Shown here piece after piece: positions 1 to 13,000 of a DNA stretch of 64,000 nucleotides. The notes beneath the pieces are model-generated. The model had not been told where the DNA came from. It saw only the letters and a list, made by a program, of their open reading frames with translations, and did not search any database. Position 1 is the stretch's first letter; every line of letters begins with the position of its first letter. This stretch comes from Enoplolaimus lenunculus (taxonomy: Eukaryota): positions 1 to 64,000 of the forward strand of contig JASANG010001204.1 of NCBI GenBank assembly GCA_030248215.1, in the 5' to 3' direction. Made by a program: the position numbers and the translations under genes.

Positions 1-1770
1 GCCCTCGGAAACAGACACAGTGCTAAGGAATATATCTAAACAGAGAATTTCTCTAGAAACCTTTGGAATTTTGAGCATGCACATAGCGGGTTTCTCTTGG
101 TGCACCCCTACCCTCGTAGACCCTAAGGTAAACGTGCAGCTTTTCTGGAAACTATTAAGGTAACGATGGTGAGCTTGTCTGGAATGCCCATACAATGAGT
201 GTGAATTCTGAGCCTAGGCTTAAGCAAACCATTGAGCCTGAATCGGAATCAAACCGCGCCTACCTGAAGGCCACACATGGACTAACCAAGCTCACCATCA
301 TTAAACATAGAACATGATTCAAGGAGAAATTCATAACCCTACGCGGCAGTAGCCAGTGGTGAGATGATAACCCTAAGGTAGAATAACTTGTACAGGATCT
401 TACCCTCAAAATAAATCACTCCATGCACTTCTAGCAATTAATATAAGCTTAGTTAGCATTTAGCTTCGCTATTAACATTAATAAATTAAGATCGCCGAAT
501 CAAGAGGTGCTATCACATTTTAATTTCAATCACAAGGCTCAAGGTATCTTACATTAACTATGCGATGCATGTATAAAGTGTACAAAGCCTAAATAAACCA
601 AAACTTTTAACCGAGTTCAATTCTGAACCCAGAGCGCTCAACAGATTCCTGGCCTTAGAGCCATGGCTAAAAAATTAGTTGAAACTTAGGGTAAATAGAG
701 ACTCAAACCTTTGCAGGTATATAAGAAATTCTCGACTATCAAAGTCTCGACAAATGAGTACTAGCCCTGGTTCGAATCAGAGGCTTGATATATAAACTAA
801 ATAAAACCTCAAAGGCTAGGATCGATCCGCCTTTCTATTAAAACGGTCTATGGCCAAGTAAAACAAAAATCCGGTTGAACCAACCAATTTCTAAGACTAA
901 GACTAATGTTAAGCCATACCCATGACCGAGCGTCATTAAGCCTAACCATGAGAAAAAGTTGTGAGCACACAGTCGTACTAAAATTTACGGAGAAAAAGCT
1001 AATTGTTACTGGTGCGACCCACTTACACGCACTCGGGGGTTCGTTAGAGCTTAGAGCATAGGCAGGCTTAGGCGTATGACGATGTCGGGATTTTGTGACT
1101 CTCAAAACCTGATATCACGCCGGGGGACCATCATCCTCTAGTCAAGTAGCTTACTTTGGCAGATCCACGGCCTCGAACACCCGTGAGAGTATCATCTCGG
1201 ATTCGTCCGCAGGGATACTCGTTGATCGTACCCGTAACAATATTGTCAAATGCGTATAGCAACTATCATCAATTAACGATAGGTTTTCAAACTGACGAAC
1301 ATCTGCAGTTGCAGATCTCAAAATTGGTACAGAAATAGTGCAAATCAAATGCGAACTATGTGCAGAATTTCGAACCTCACCATGCGCTGGTTCCAAAGTT
1401 ACAGGACCTATCACCAACTGGTGATAGATGCTGCATACTTTTGAGAATACGGGCTCTGATTTTAAGCCTACAAAAAGTCCAATCCCAAATCTAACAAAGG
1501 AGAAACTGCTTTGATTGTTAATCTGTAATTGGATTCTCAAACGTTTAGTGTTTATCACCTAATGGTAATAAGCCGAAAAACTTAACCGGTGAAGAATATA
1601 GGTTATAAACCGATCACATTTTTCTTTGAACTAGCGTTCTTCTGTATGTAAATTCCTCAAATTCGCAGATGCCACATTCCGCTAGTTTCAAAATATATTA
1701 CTACACTTGTGATAAATGCTATAGACGTTCAGAACAGAACTTTTAGTCAGGTTTAACGTCAGCAACTCAC

Positions 1771-1966
1771 TGAGTTTCAATCCGGCTAACTTGATTTAAA
1801 GTTGAATCCCAAACTATAACGACGCCGTCCATTGACGCGCTCGCTATTGTGTTTTTGCGATCGCTAGTAACGTCAACTATACCCATCGCGTGTTGTTTGA
1901 GAGTTGTTTCCAGCTTGATTACGTTTTGTTGCACGATAAACACAAGGATCGCACCACTGCTTGTGC
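1771..1966 (-). CDS. WDR54: WDR54-like exon 6 (WD40 repeat)
   Basis: TTTTAG acceptor, GTSSGAILVF...TIASASMDGVVIVWDS...IET, GTGAGT donor. Confidence 0.85.
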
Positions 1967-4900
1967 CTAAAATGTCAGTTTTAACGTTTGTTGCATATTT
2001 GAAAGGTTTTTCTGATGCTGGAAATGTTTGCCTAATTAGTGATATGTTGTAATAAAGAGTTTGGCCCATGTTATCATTGGCGGACAGTTGAATTGAGAGA
2101 CGGAGGTTGGGGTCATGGCTGTAAATAGACTCAGCCCACCCATGGAGGGCAGAAGATGGAAACTAATATAGTGTAGGAAGCATGGCCGTAATTTCAGCTA
2201 CGCGCCGACGTGAACCACCATATCATAGCTATAACCAATTATCAAAAGAAATATACACACATATATAATTTTAAAACTAAAATCGTGTGCCTAAAACTAT
2301 CGTAAAGGTATATAATTTATATTTTTTGAAAGCTAAGAGTATTTACTGGCTAAAGTATAACAACCACCGTGGACTAAAGTTGAATTTCCATGCCGGCCAA
2401 TATCTAAATTCGCGATTGACTACACACAATGATTTTTAGTGTTTGTTAGTAATTAACTTTAACAGAAATATAAATATGTTAGCACAACTACTGACCAATA
2501 CATATATATTTGTTGATCACCGCTATTCCCTTTGTGTAGCGTGCATCGTCGTCTGAAAATTGAACCAAATTTCTGTTACTAGTATATAAAACGATATAAG
2601 ATTCTATTTTCATTCGAAGGACACACTTTAGAGCTAATTTTCTATGAAATACAACACTTACCGCCAGATCGCTAAGGTAATAAGCAACTCTTATTTATAA
2701 TTGAAAACCAGATAGGTTTCAAATTTATACATGTATACTTAATTCCTCTAGACTTCGGTTAAACTTGCCTAGGTGCGTTACGTTTCACCAAACATATTCT
2801 AAAATAAATTAACACTAACCATCTCCTGGTTTCGGCAACTGTTGCCAATGTAACGTCGTTGTGCCATTCCATTCATAAATCTAGTACAGAATTTTATACC
2901 AAGTACTACAAACGGTTTTGTATGGGTTTTTTTATAATTTCAGGTATATTAATAAAAACGCAACTCAGAAAAATTGTTTATTCACAGCGTTTCCTTTAGG
3001 CTACCAAATCGAGTATTTATAATTAACTTAAAGCTACAGTGAAAAAAGATTTAAAGTTATATATGAACAAGTATACCAGGTTGAGTTTAATTTACCACGA
3101 CTCCAGTTGCGGTACAGACAACCAGTAAAGGATTTTGCCGTCCATCAACATAACAATATTTGGCCTGTAAAAAACGATGGAAGGCTTGAAAAGTTGTAAA
3201 TATCAAGTTGGTTCCATTGCTGAGACACCGTGGACGCGGATATTTCATGCTACCTCAATAGGGTAGGCAGTTAAAGTTTAGGTTAAACATTGCGTTATTC
3301 ACGCTTATTTGACTTCTCGCTCGCTTCGCTTGACTGCCTCGAGTATATATATGATTCCTATTTTTGGATAAGCTGCTGCGCCTCTAATTGATGCTTTGCA
3401 ATTGGGATCTATCTCACACGCGGGGAAGTAGGCTCAAGTGTCCTAGCCACGACCCTGCTGAGCCATAGTGCAAATGTTAGCAAAACTATGCGTCATTCTC
3501 GCGATTGAATTGCTTACCAGACTAATTTTAAAACAATCTCCTGTCTCTCGCTGTTATTGTCGTATATACATTGATTTCTTGGCATAATTAAAATCAAGGA
3601 ACCGTGTCAAAATAAAACCATATTTTATACTTTCTACGTTACATCAGTCTTTCAAAATGGTTACCTGCAAGTGGAGAAAACATTCGCCATACAAATGTTG
3701 TTTATGTAATGTTACGTTCTTGTCTCCCGAGGTGCTCGCTTCAAAAAAACATGACCATTCGAAATCTTTTAAATTTCATAAACGCTTGTTTCTGAGCAAA
3801 TATTCAGATTTCTGTCAAGTTAATAATACTCGAAAACTGACAAAACATACTTGCATAACCAGTAAAAATATTTCGCTTGCACCATCTTCGGCCATTGAGG
3901 GATCGATCACAGCAATTACGTCTTGAGTTGCACCTTCCATTCTTTGATCCCATCCGACCACTGATAACTGAAATAAATATATTGCACTTGAACGAAAATG
4001 GCACTCGCAAAATACTTTCCGATTTCCATTGCTAAATTTCATACGCATTCTACGGCTAAATCCTTTTCGAACTATACTGATATTTGTCTGCTTTTACATA
4101 GTTTTATAAAAATTTCAGTTTAAAAGCATGCAAATAATTTTGCAAAGTCATTATGTATAGCATGTTTTGCATGGATTTTAATTGAGCCTCCTCTTTAAAA
4201 ACCTTGGAACTGCCGCTGCACCAGATATTCGATCAACGGATTTAGTAAACTGAATAGGGATACACTGCAAAAAATGGTGAGTCATATTGACTCTCTCCAA
4301 AATAGCCTCTACGGGATTACACAAACTGAGTCTATACTGAAATTTGTCTGCTTTTACATATTTTTATAAAAATTTCAGTTTAAGCATGCCAATAATTTTG
4401 CAAAGTCATTATGTATAGCATGTTTTGCATGGGTTTTAATTGAGCCTCCTCTTTAAAAACCTTGGAACTGCCGCTGCACCAGATATTCGATCAACGGATT
4501 TAGTAAACTGAATAGGGATATATACACTGCAAAATTGGTGAGTCATATTGACTCTCTCCAAAATAGCCTCTACGGGATTACACAAACTGAGTCATATTCG
4601 AGTCTGGCAGAGTCAAATTCGACTCTCTTAATCGCACGCTTGACTCCGGCGGATTCGAATATGACTCAGTTTGTGTAGTCCCGTAGACCCTATTTCAGAG
4701 GGAGTGAATTTGACTCACAATTTTTTGCAGTGTACATTTGTTTTGAAATTCCTCTTGGGAGACAATTTCAAATCGTTATAATATTGTTCTGTGTTGTGCA
4801 AGTGGGGAATTTTGAGTAAAGGTGCAATAGACGAGTATGTTAACTGTTACACCTGTTAAGCAATATTTATAATCAGTCTACCAATAGGAAGAAATTGCCT

Positions 4901-5186
4901 AGTGCTCCTGAGGCTGCAGTTGCAAATCCTTTGTCAATACCTACCTGCGCGCACGGTAACATATTTCATTAAGTGCTTTGGGTTCGAGTTAAGCTTTATT
5001 AAAGCGAAAGTCACATTATTTAAACCATCGGGTAGTGATCACAGAAGTAGCAGAACTTACATTATTACGGCTGCAAACAGCAGCATGAGTAACACCTTTC
5101 TGGTTAATTGTTGTCATGGTGAGATTGCCCGAGAATGCGGACGCAGATCCAGATGCGATATTTAATTCACGGTGAAGAGAGTACAT
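1771..5186 (-). CDS. WDR54: WD repeat-containing protein 54-like, 5' part (exons 5061-5186, 3851-3967, 3096-3164, 2820-2880, 2496-2552, 1771-1966); 3' exons not found in the window
   Basis: Spliced translation MYSLHRELNIASGSASAFSGNL...AKYCYVDGRQNPLLVVCTATGVV-IYEWNGTTTLHWQQL...YTKGIAVINKYICIGTSSGAILVF...QHAMGIVDV...ASASMDGVVIVWD is colinear with my recollection of vertebrate WDR54 (GSAAALCNNL, QMYESNG..VYWH, FARGIA...ICVGTWSGRVLVF). All introns are GT-AG with matching phases. Confidence 0.85.
2496..2552 (-). CDS. WDR54: WDR54-like exon 5
   Basis: TTTTCAG acceptor, DDARYTKGIAVINKYICI, GTCAGT donor; phase 1-1. Confidence 0.8.
2820..2880 (-). CDS. WDR54: WDR54-like exon 4
   Basis: IYEWNGTTTLHWQQLPKPGD, GTTAGT donor; phase 0-1. 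Confidence 0.8.
3096..3164 (-). CDS. WDR54: WDR54-like exon 3
   Basis: TTACAG acceptor, AKYCYVDGRQNPLLVVCTATGVV, GTAAAT donor. Confidence 0.8.
3851..3967 (-). CDS. WDR54: WDR54-like exon 2
   Basis: TTTCAG acceptor, LSVVGWDQ...FLLVMQ, GTATGT donor; phase 0-0. Confidence 0.75.
4073..4593. repeat. Tandem duplication, 2 x ~260 bp, with its junction inside a MITE
   Basis: 4073-4332 is repeated nearly identically from 4333; each unit is flank plus the left ~70 bp of the family B MITE. Confidence 0.9.
4525..4732. mobile_element. Tc1/mariner-type MITE, family B
   Basis: TIRs CACTGCAAAA(A/T)TGGTGAGTCA / TGACTCACAATTTTTTGCAGTG, TA on both sides. Confidence 0.85.
5061..5186 (-). CDS. WDR54: WDR54-like exon 1
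   Basis: ATG at 5186; MYSLHRELNIASGSASAFSGNLTMTTINQKGVTHAAVCSRNN then GTAAGT donor, phase 0. Confidence 0.85.
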
Positions 5187-5250
5187 AATTTCAAATAAAG
5201 TTATTTCAGCTTATTAATATTTCATAAAAACAGCCAGTTAGAAAGCAAAC

Positions 5251-5264
5251 GTTATCACGACAAC
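5251..5264. promoter_or_regulatory. Candidate RFX/DAF-19 X-box upstream of WDR54
   Basis: GTTATCACGACAAC (reverse GTTGTCGTGATAAC), one mismatch to GTHNYY-AT-RRNAAC, 65-78 bp upstream of the ATG. Confidence 0.5.
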
Positions 5265-5454
5265 TCGTCCACTGACAATTTGTAATCCGAAATTTAAATT
5301 TTGCCGATTCGACATTTTGTGGCCATCATTATGCTTCGGCATAGGCTTTTAGGATTTATGCTCACGAGGGCTCATGATAATTTCAGGAGCGTCCCGTTTA
5401 CCCGCGAGACGGTAATAGTACCTTGTAGCAGCATTTGCTACTCCTGTTTGTATC

Positions 5455-6285
5455 GTCCCGTTCTTCCAGCAAAAATTTGCAGCTGTCCTGTTTTCCCATT
5501 AGCCCGAAACAAACCTGTTCCGCTTTCCCGTTTTCCCAGCGAAAACTTGCAGCTGTCCATTTTTCTATTAGCACGAAACAGGCCTGTTCCATTGTTCCGG
5601 ATTTCCAGCGAAAAATTGTAGCTGTCCCGTTTTCCCATTCGCCCGAAACAAACCTGTCTGTTTTCCGGTTTTCCCTGCGAAAAATTGCAGTTGTCCCGTT
5701 TTCCCATTCGCCCGAAACAAGACTGTTCCATTTTCCCGTTTTCTCAGCTAAAATTTTCAGCTGTCCCGGTTCCCATTTACCCGAAACAAACCTGTTCCGC
5801 TTTCCCGTTTTCCCAGCGAAAACTTGCAGCTGTCCATTTTTCTATTAGCACGAAACAGGCCTGTTCCATTGTTCCGGTTTTCCAGCGAAAAATTGTAGCT
5901 GTCCCGTTTTCCCATTCGCCCGAAACAAACCTGTCTGTTTTCCGGTTTTCCCTGCGAAAAATTGCAGTTGTCCCGTTTTCCCATTCGCCGAAACAGGACT
6001 GTCTCATTTTCCCATTTTCTCAGCGAAAAATTGCAGCTGTTCTGTTTTATCACTTGGGCGAAACAGGCCTGTCCCGTTGTTCTGGTTTCCCAGCCAAAAT
6101 TTACAGCTGTTTCGTTTTCCCATCAGCTCAAAACAAACCTGTTCCGTTTTCCGATTTTTCCCACTAAAGTTACAGCTGTCCGGTTTTCCTATTTGTCTGA
6201 AACAGGCCTGTACGATTTTTCCAGCCAAAATTAGCCGCTGTCTCATTTTCCGATTTGCCCGAAACAGGGCTGTCTCATTTTCTCA
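5455..6285. repeat. Minisatellite, ~69-bp unit with a ~278-bp higher-order repeat
   Basis: CGAAACA motif recurs near 5503, 5572, 5642, 5711 and 5780; the four-unit block at ~5503-5780 recurs from ~5781. Confidence 0.9.
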
Positions 6286-6444
6286 TGTGCCCGTAACGAT
6301 GTCGGCAGAAGTATACGAATTAGCCCCAATTACACTCATGTGTCTTGCTGTGCCGCGAAGGCACCGTCAAGTGGCACGTTGACGATTGATGAACATCTTA
6401 GATTCCGATCAAATATACGTGCTATTATCGATACATATATAGTA

Positions 6445-6726
6445 CTGTAGCGACTTGGGGGGTAATAAGACGGGGAGGGTCCCCATTTTTACTCCCAATC
6501 AATAGGAGTCGGAATCCCTAATAAGAGTCTGTACGTGGATAGAGGCCCTAAACCCTAATTAGAGTCCATAAACGTCAATTATCGCAATTTGTTATGCATA
6601 AATGACTCCAGGCCGAAATAAAGCTGAATTGAAAATTCTAAAGCATAAACCGAATAACGGGGGTATCGTCTGGACAAGCCAAATAAATACCAGTCACTCC
6701 CCGCCGTCTTATTCGTATCACTATAG
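6445..6726. mobile_element. Tc1/mariner-type MITE, family A (diverged copy)
   Basis: CTGTAGCGAC..AATAAGACGGGG / CCGTCTTATTCGTATCACTATAG ends; interior matches 7218-7643. Confidence 0.7.
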
Positions 6727-7217
6727 TTTAGTATGATGAGATCCATCTTTAATGCTGATCTAAATAATCTAATCTCTTTACATTTTAATCTTTATGTATA
6801 AGAGCATCTGAGTTTTTGAACAATTATTTATGTATAATGCAGTAGTTCATTTCAGGTTGATATTTAAATTGTACAACAAAAAAATGAATTTCCACAAAAT
6901 TCAGCAAAGATTGCAGGGTACAAACTATAGATCAATGCTATTAACAGTATTCAGGGAATTAATCGCAGCAGTATACTAGCTCAGCAACCAAAGTATGAAT
7001 TATAGTACAAAATTTTGAATAATAACACGGAGGTTGAATTTGCTAAAATATTTCACGATTAACAGAAAATGGTCTCAAAAGCAAGTGTAGCGAGTATGCT
7101 TAACGTCTCCTTAAAACTGCTTAAATCCACCAAGGCTTAAACAAGTTTGTATGCAGACAAAACACATTGCCAGTGTTATTGTATATAATAATACCATTGT
7201 CAATTAATGTTTGCCTA

Positions 7218-7643
7218 CTGTATTGACCCAAATAAGAGGGGGTCCCCGTTTTGAGTTCCAATCAATAGGAGTCCGTATCCCTAATAGGAGCCCGTAAGCG
7301 GATAGAGTCCCTAAACCCTAATTAAAGTCCATAAATGTTAATTATCCCTAATTGTAGGGCATAAATGCCTCCAGGACCAAATAATTTGAGTTTGAAACTT
7401 TAAAGCTTACTTAAATTTTCAAAGTACATTCCTAATTATAACACTGCATTATTTCTCAAGCTTTTAGTGCAAGCTAAAACCCGTTCAATTCAACGGATAG
7501 TTGCAATACCGGATATATATCAATAAGGAAGGGCGGCACAGGGCTGTGAAAACAAATAACAGTCCGTAACCGAATAACAAGGGGGTTACACTCTGGAGAG
7601 GCCAAAAAAATATCAGTCCCCCCTCTTATTCGGGTCACTACAG
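7218..7643. mobile_element. Tc1/mariner-type MITE, family A
   Basis: TIRs CTGTATTGACCCAAATAAGAGGGG / CCCCTCTTATTCGGGTCACTACAG, TA on both sides. Confidence 0.85.
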
Positions 7644-9400
7644 TATACTTACTTCCATAGTTGCACTAAGTGAAACTTCTTGCAAAGTGTATTAGGACGG
7701 AATAAATTTGTTCTTGTCATAAACCCAGTACTATTTTACACAGGTACTGTGTGTCGCTTCGCCTAATCTTTGAGAAGTTGTATTTAAAAACGAAAATAGA
7801 AAAGAACGGAGTTGGAATATCTGAGCTTTTCCGTTCAAAATAGACTGATTTCGAAATTTATTGCATATTTGAGCGACTGATGTCTTCACCTGCTTACCCG
7901 ATGGTGCACGAATTATATTGCATACCAGATTTGGCGCGTTCCGATATGGCTGACAACGGTGTGTGTCATTTTCAGAAACTCTGTTAGAAGTATGTTATAT
8001 CTAGGACTAGTTCCTTTACAGAGTCCAAGGACAACGAGAACCTATAATATGCCAATTCAGAGTTCAAAGTTTAAAAGATGATTCACTTTATACCAATGCA
8101 AAGGAATACTAATATTCACATAATTTTCTAATTTTTATTGAAAACCATAGCGTATGCACTTTGAATTTTTAACATTTTGGATGCATATAATAAATTTATT
8201 ATAAGTGATCTAAAACTAACTGAACGGAAACGGACACCTAAGCCTAAGCATAAGCTAAAAAATTAGTCTAAAGTTTAAGTTTATATATTCCTCCATAGCA
8301 GTCCACGGAAAAACGGTCTGCTCCTGATTTATACTTGAGCCAAAAATTCGAAAGGTCTTGCACACTTCCATCCCACAGGATTTTGTTTAAGTTACGGCTT
8401 AGGCTTTGGTTTTAGAAAATTTTTACTTAGCGCAAAGAGTAAACCTACAGTTTCGCCTTAGCTTCACCTTAACCTCAGACAGAGCCTAAGCCTACCTATG
8501 CCTTAATGTTAAAATGTGGGAAAGTGTACAAGAGCGAGTCGGAAATTGTGAATTTTATCGATAGAACTGATATTAATTTCATTTAATTCGCTGAAAAACA
8601 GACTGTTTACGTTTCTATTTACGGTGCCTTAGCAACTGGTTTCCGTAGTAACAAATGTTGATGATAAATCTTGTTAGCTTAACTGCAACCTGCGATAAAT
8701 TTAGGTAAAAGTAACTAAATAACTAGTATTAAGTTAAGAATAGTATGGCAAGATGCTACCAACCTTTAGAAACTAAGTTCATTATATTTTAATTAAAATT
8801 CATTACCAACTAGTAGTACTAGAATACTGCAAATTTAGTAGGAACTCTTGGGAACTTAAATATAGAATTTTGAAAATTCAAGTTTGACAGTTATACAATT
8901 ATGGAATTTAATGAGAAACTCAAATATACAAAAGTTTTTGTATCATTTATAGGTTTGCTACAAATTGCGTTTCCGTACAATATTTTGCTTCAGTATGACT
9001 GGATTCATGTTCATAGCCACCTCATTATACTAGGGTCAAGAAGGCTGAAAAAATTTTCAGGAGATTAAAGCATCTATTTCACATAACTTACAACCGAGAT
9101 TGAAGTTGTTAGAGAATTGTCATTCGCTCCTGACTATTCAGGAACCGAGCATATTACTTGAAATAGAACTAAGCAAATCTATCTACAACTACGAATTCAA
9201 GTACTTAACCAAAAACGAATCTTTTAGTATAGCCATCTCTGAATAAAAGGCCTATAAGGAAGCATTAATCTTATAAATATATTTGGTCTCAAACCAAGGC
9301 ATAAATTTTACCGTTATACCGGGGTTTACTCGATTTAAACGCATCTTCACAAAATCTTAAGAATTAAAAAACAAAAACTGTCGTTCATGGCTTAAGTATA

Positions 9401-9587
9401 CACTGCAAAGGATTTTCCTGACTACACAAACTGAGTCAAAATTCTACTTCGTCAGAGTCAAAATCGATTTACTGAATCGTTCAGTGAGTCGAAGTTGACT
9501 CTGGCGGAGTCGAATTTGACTCAATTTGTGTAGTCCGAAAAAGCCTATTTCAGAAACAGTCAATTTGACTCACCATTTTTTGCAGTG
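9401..9587. mobile_element. Tc1/mariner-type MITE, family B
   Basis: TA-CACTGCAAA...TTTTTGCAGTG-TA; similar to 4525-4732. Confidence 0.8.
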
Positions 9588-10012
9588 TATGGACAACTGG
9601 CACAATGTATGTCAAAATTGAATAAGCTTAAACTCAAATACAATTTCTAAACCTAAACCTATTCTATCGCTGTCCTATGATCTAACAAGATCACACGGAA
9701 AAGCCACTTGCGATAATTTTTGGTAGCCTTAGCCTTAGACAAATTTACAAAATTGAATTGTCACCGTGATTACGCTATTAATGTTTGTTCGCTGAAAAAT
9801 AAATTTTTGAGGGCTCTAATTCAAGTTTAACCATCCCTTTACTAAAACCGTTTCATGCGTCTGAGCCTAAAGCAAAGCTTTGACTTTTATGTAGATCGAT
9901 ATTGATATCATATACATATTCAGAAAAAAAGAGGTATTACTTATTATGTTGTCAAAAGTGTACAACAGCCTTTTTGAGGATTAAGACAATTTATACATGG
10001 CCAATGTTTAGT

Positions 10013-10098
10013 TCAGTTTTCTTCGTCTTCGTCTTCCGTGCTAGTAAATCCTTTTTCATCTTGAATACACTCGATAACAGGTTGACACGTTATCACTT
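10013..10098 (-). CDS. K2P-FN3 putative last exon
   Basis: TTACTTCAG acceptor, phase 1, EVITCQPVIECIQDEKGFTSTEDEDEEN*. Confidence 0.55.
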
Positions 10099-13000
10099 CT
10101 GAAGTAAAAAAATTGTTTTTGAAAAATTATGCAGTTGCAAAATTTATAAAAAACTACTTGTGAATGTTAAGTTAATTTAACAGACAAGGTATTAGTATTT
10201 ATTAAAGGTGTTCGCCATTTGGTGTTTCTTTATACCCGCAGATTTTGGCCCTGTTGCCTAGATTGGCCTTACATCGCCTAATGATACATTGAAATATATA
10301 TTAAATTATGTTTAACCTCTGTTCCATTTAACCAAGGTATATACTTATTTTACTAAAGGTTGTTGGGAATAAAACGCCAATGAATATTAATACAGCGCCA
10401 ATAACATTAAACAAACAGACTGCACAAGTGACCCGAATAAGAGGGGGTAATAAGAGGGAATCCCTATTTTGAGTCCTAATCAATAGGAGTCCGTATCCCT
10501 AATAAAAGTCCGTAAGCGGATAGAGTCCCTAAACCTTAATTAGAAGTCCATAAATGTCAATTATCCCTATTGTAGTGTATAAATGACTCCAGGACCAAAA
10601 AAGTTGAGTTCGAGAATTTAAAGCGTACTTAAGTTTTGAAAGTACATTCCTAAGTATAATCTTGCATTATCGCTCAAGCTATTGACTCAAGACAAATAAA
10701 CGATTAATTCAACGGATTACTGCAGTACCGGATACATATCAGTAACGAAGGGTGTCGGAGCGTGGGTTAAAAATAAATAACAGTCCGTAAACCGAAGAGC
10801 AGTGAGGGGGGTAGTATCTGAAGAAGCCAAATAAATATCTGTCCACCTCTTATTCGGGTCACTACAGTATATAGCAATTCGAAAACATTGAAAGTGGACA
10901 GTGTGTAGTGTGGTGTGTGTACCAATGGGACGAAGCCAGGGAACCGCCAATTACCGGATGTGTATTCATTTCTGCCAGATTAAGACATTACGGCTCGGGC
11001 ACACTTCCACCACGTTAAGACTTCGGCTGAGAGGTTAGTTTTAGGATTATGCTTCATAACGGTTTTGGGGAAGGTTTAAGCGCAGGCTAAGGATTCGGAA
11101 CGCTTTTTCTGAAAACTATGCCTAAGCTGTACAAAAGCCGAAATTGTCTTATAGAAAAAAAATTAAGACCAGTTGTCAATTCTGTCATAAAATGAAACTT
11201 TCCAGCGGTTGTCTCTCTACCGTCGCTCACGAATCCAATTTCCCGAGTCCGCCGCTAAAACGAACGCCTACCTGGTGAGCTATCTTCGCTCTGTTCATTT
11301 TCAATTTCATCGTCATCTTTGATCGTTTCCAGCTTTGTATTTCCACTATCTGTGTCTGACGGTTGATCTTTCGACATTACCGTACGCCAAAATTCTTCAC
11401 TATATTCCGCTTTCGCAACCTCCTCATCTAAGGTTACCATCCGTTGCGAAGAGTCACTTTGTTCTGAGCTTCCAGGTTCACGATAGGAACGTTTTTGACG
11501 ACGGGACCGGCGGCTGCGTTTACTGCCACTGCTTCGATCCGGACTCACAACCCCACTGATTCGAGACAGCTTTCTGGCCGCTTTAGTAACTCCAATTATT
11601 GATCGAGAAATTGGCGAATGCCCTGTTGGATATTGAGCTGCAACTGAGAACGCGTACGTTTCGTTTTCAGATAAAGAGTTTAGTGTGATGGAGCGTTTGT
11701 TTGCGGGAATAACACGTTTTTCCCAATTTTCGTACGGTTCGTCAGGAGATTTCGTGTAGTAAACTGCGTAACGCTGGAACAGAAAATGAATACCAGTTGC
11801 TAACTATATTAGGCTTAGGGAATACTTGTTGTACGTCACCGCACGTCATTGTACGTCATTGTACGGTATTAATACACGCGACGCACGGCGCCGTATGACA
11901 TCTTTTAAACAAAATAGCGCCAGCATACATTTTTTTCTGTGTTTAAGTTTTTGAGCACAACTAACATGGTCTCGGCAACGAGGTATGTTCATTTCATCCT
12001 GTTCGATTTACATTTCTAAGGCACAGAGACAAATACTAAAATGTAAAATACGGGAGATATATTCCTCTCAGAACGTTCTGCAGGCAGACTAGAAAAATAC
12101 TTGCATGCTTTTAATGAAAATCGGGGTCAAAATGGCAGGAAATGTTGTAATTCGCTGCGGCTTCTCTACGAAAATTTAACGTTTTAACGTTTAAGAAGCA
12201 GCCCTGAAAAGGTCAGGGAGATGGGGTAGTCATGTCCTGTATGAATTTTTTGCACAACCTAAATTAAACAGCATGGGTTGTACTCGCCGTCCAATTGGTG
12301 TCTGTACTATTCCGTAGCGCTGGAGGTTTGAACAAAATTAGAAAAAGCTAACAAACTTGATTTTACTTAGGAAGTCGTTTTTATGTAAACAGAATCTGAC
12401 GCTGTGCAAAGCAGCTGCAAAAACACGCTCAATTCTGTTGCCTATTTTTCGAAACTGTTTCTTTTGGTTCCGATACATATAAAGTTATAGTTTTTCTCAT
12501 GCAATGCAAAAACATAAATACCGAAAGAACAACTGCGTAATTAAATGATTGACAACATAACAACAATTTTGGGTCTTTTCCGCTATCCTTCACAGCCCGC
12601 GTTTGCCCAAAAATGGTTTGCTTTTGAAAATTTTGCATCTTTGAGCTTCTCATGACCTCCTCTGATCACTTCACGCCTAAATTTGAATTCCCCCAGTTGG
12701 GACCCAAAAAATTTTGTCAAAAAGTTTGACAAATTAGTACCATTAGATGAAAAGGGTGTTAAATTGTTCGCAATCGGACAATTGCTTAATTAGTTATTGT
12801 CAAATAACTGATTTGGCGCGTTGCCAACGATTTGGGATGGCGCCAAATCAGTTAATTTGACCATAATTCGTTAACCAATCGTCTAATTGCAGAAAATCGA
12901 ACACCATTGCACTCAGATCCGTATGCTGCATCGAATTGTATATAATTTGTAAAACTTTTTGCAAAATTTTTTGGGTTCCAAAAAGGGACTTTGAGACCTT

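Noticed and set aside
1151..1558. ORF as the next WDR54 exon
   Set aside because: No frame resembles the expected WDR54 continuation; 1-1560 is left as unclassified intronic or repeat-derived DNA.
5301..6382. Overlapping ORFs in several frames
   Set aside because: They are translations of a stop-poor minisatellite.
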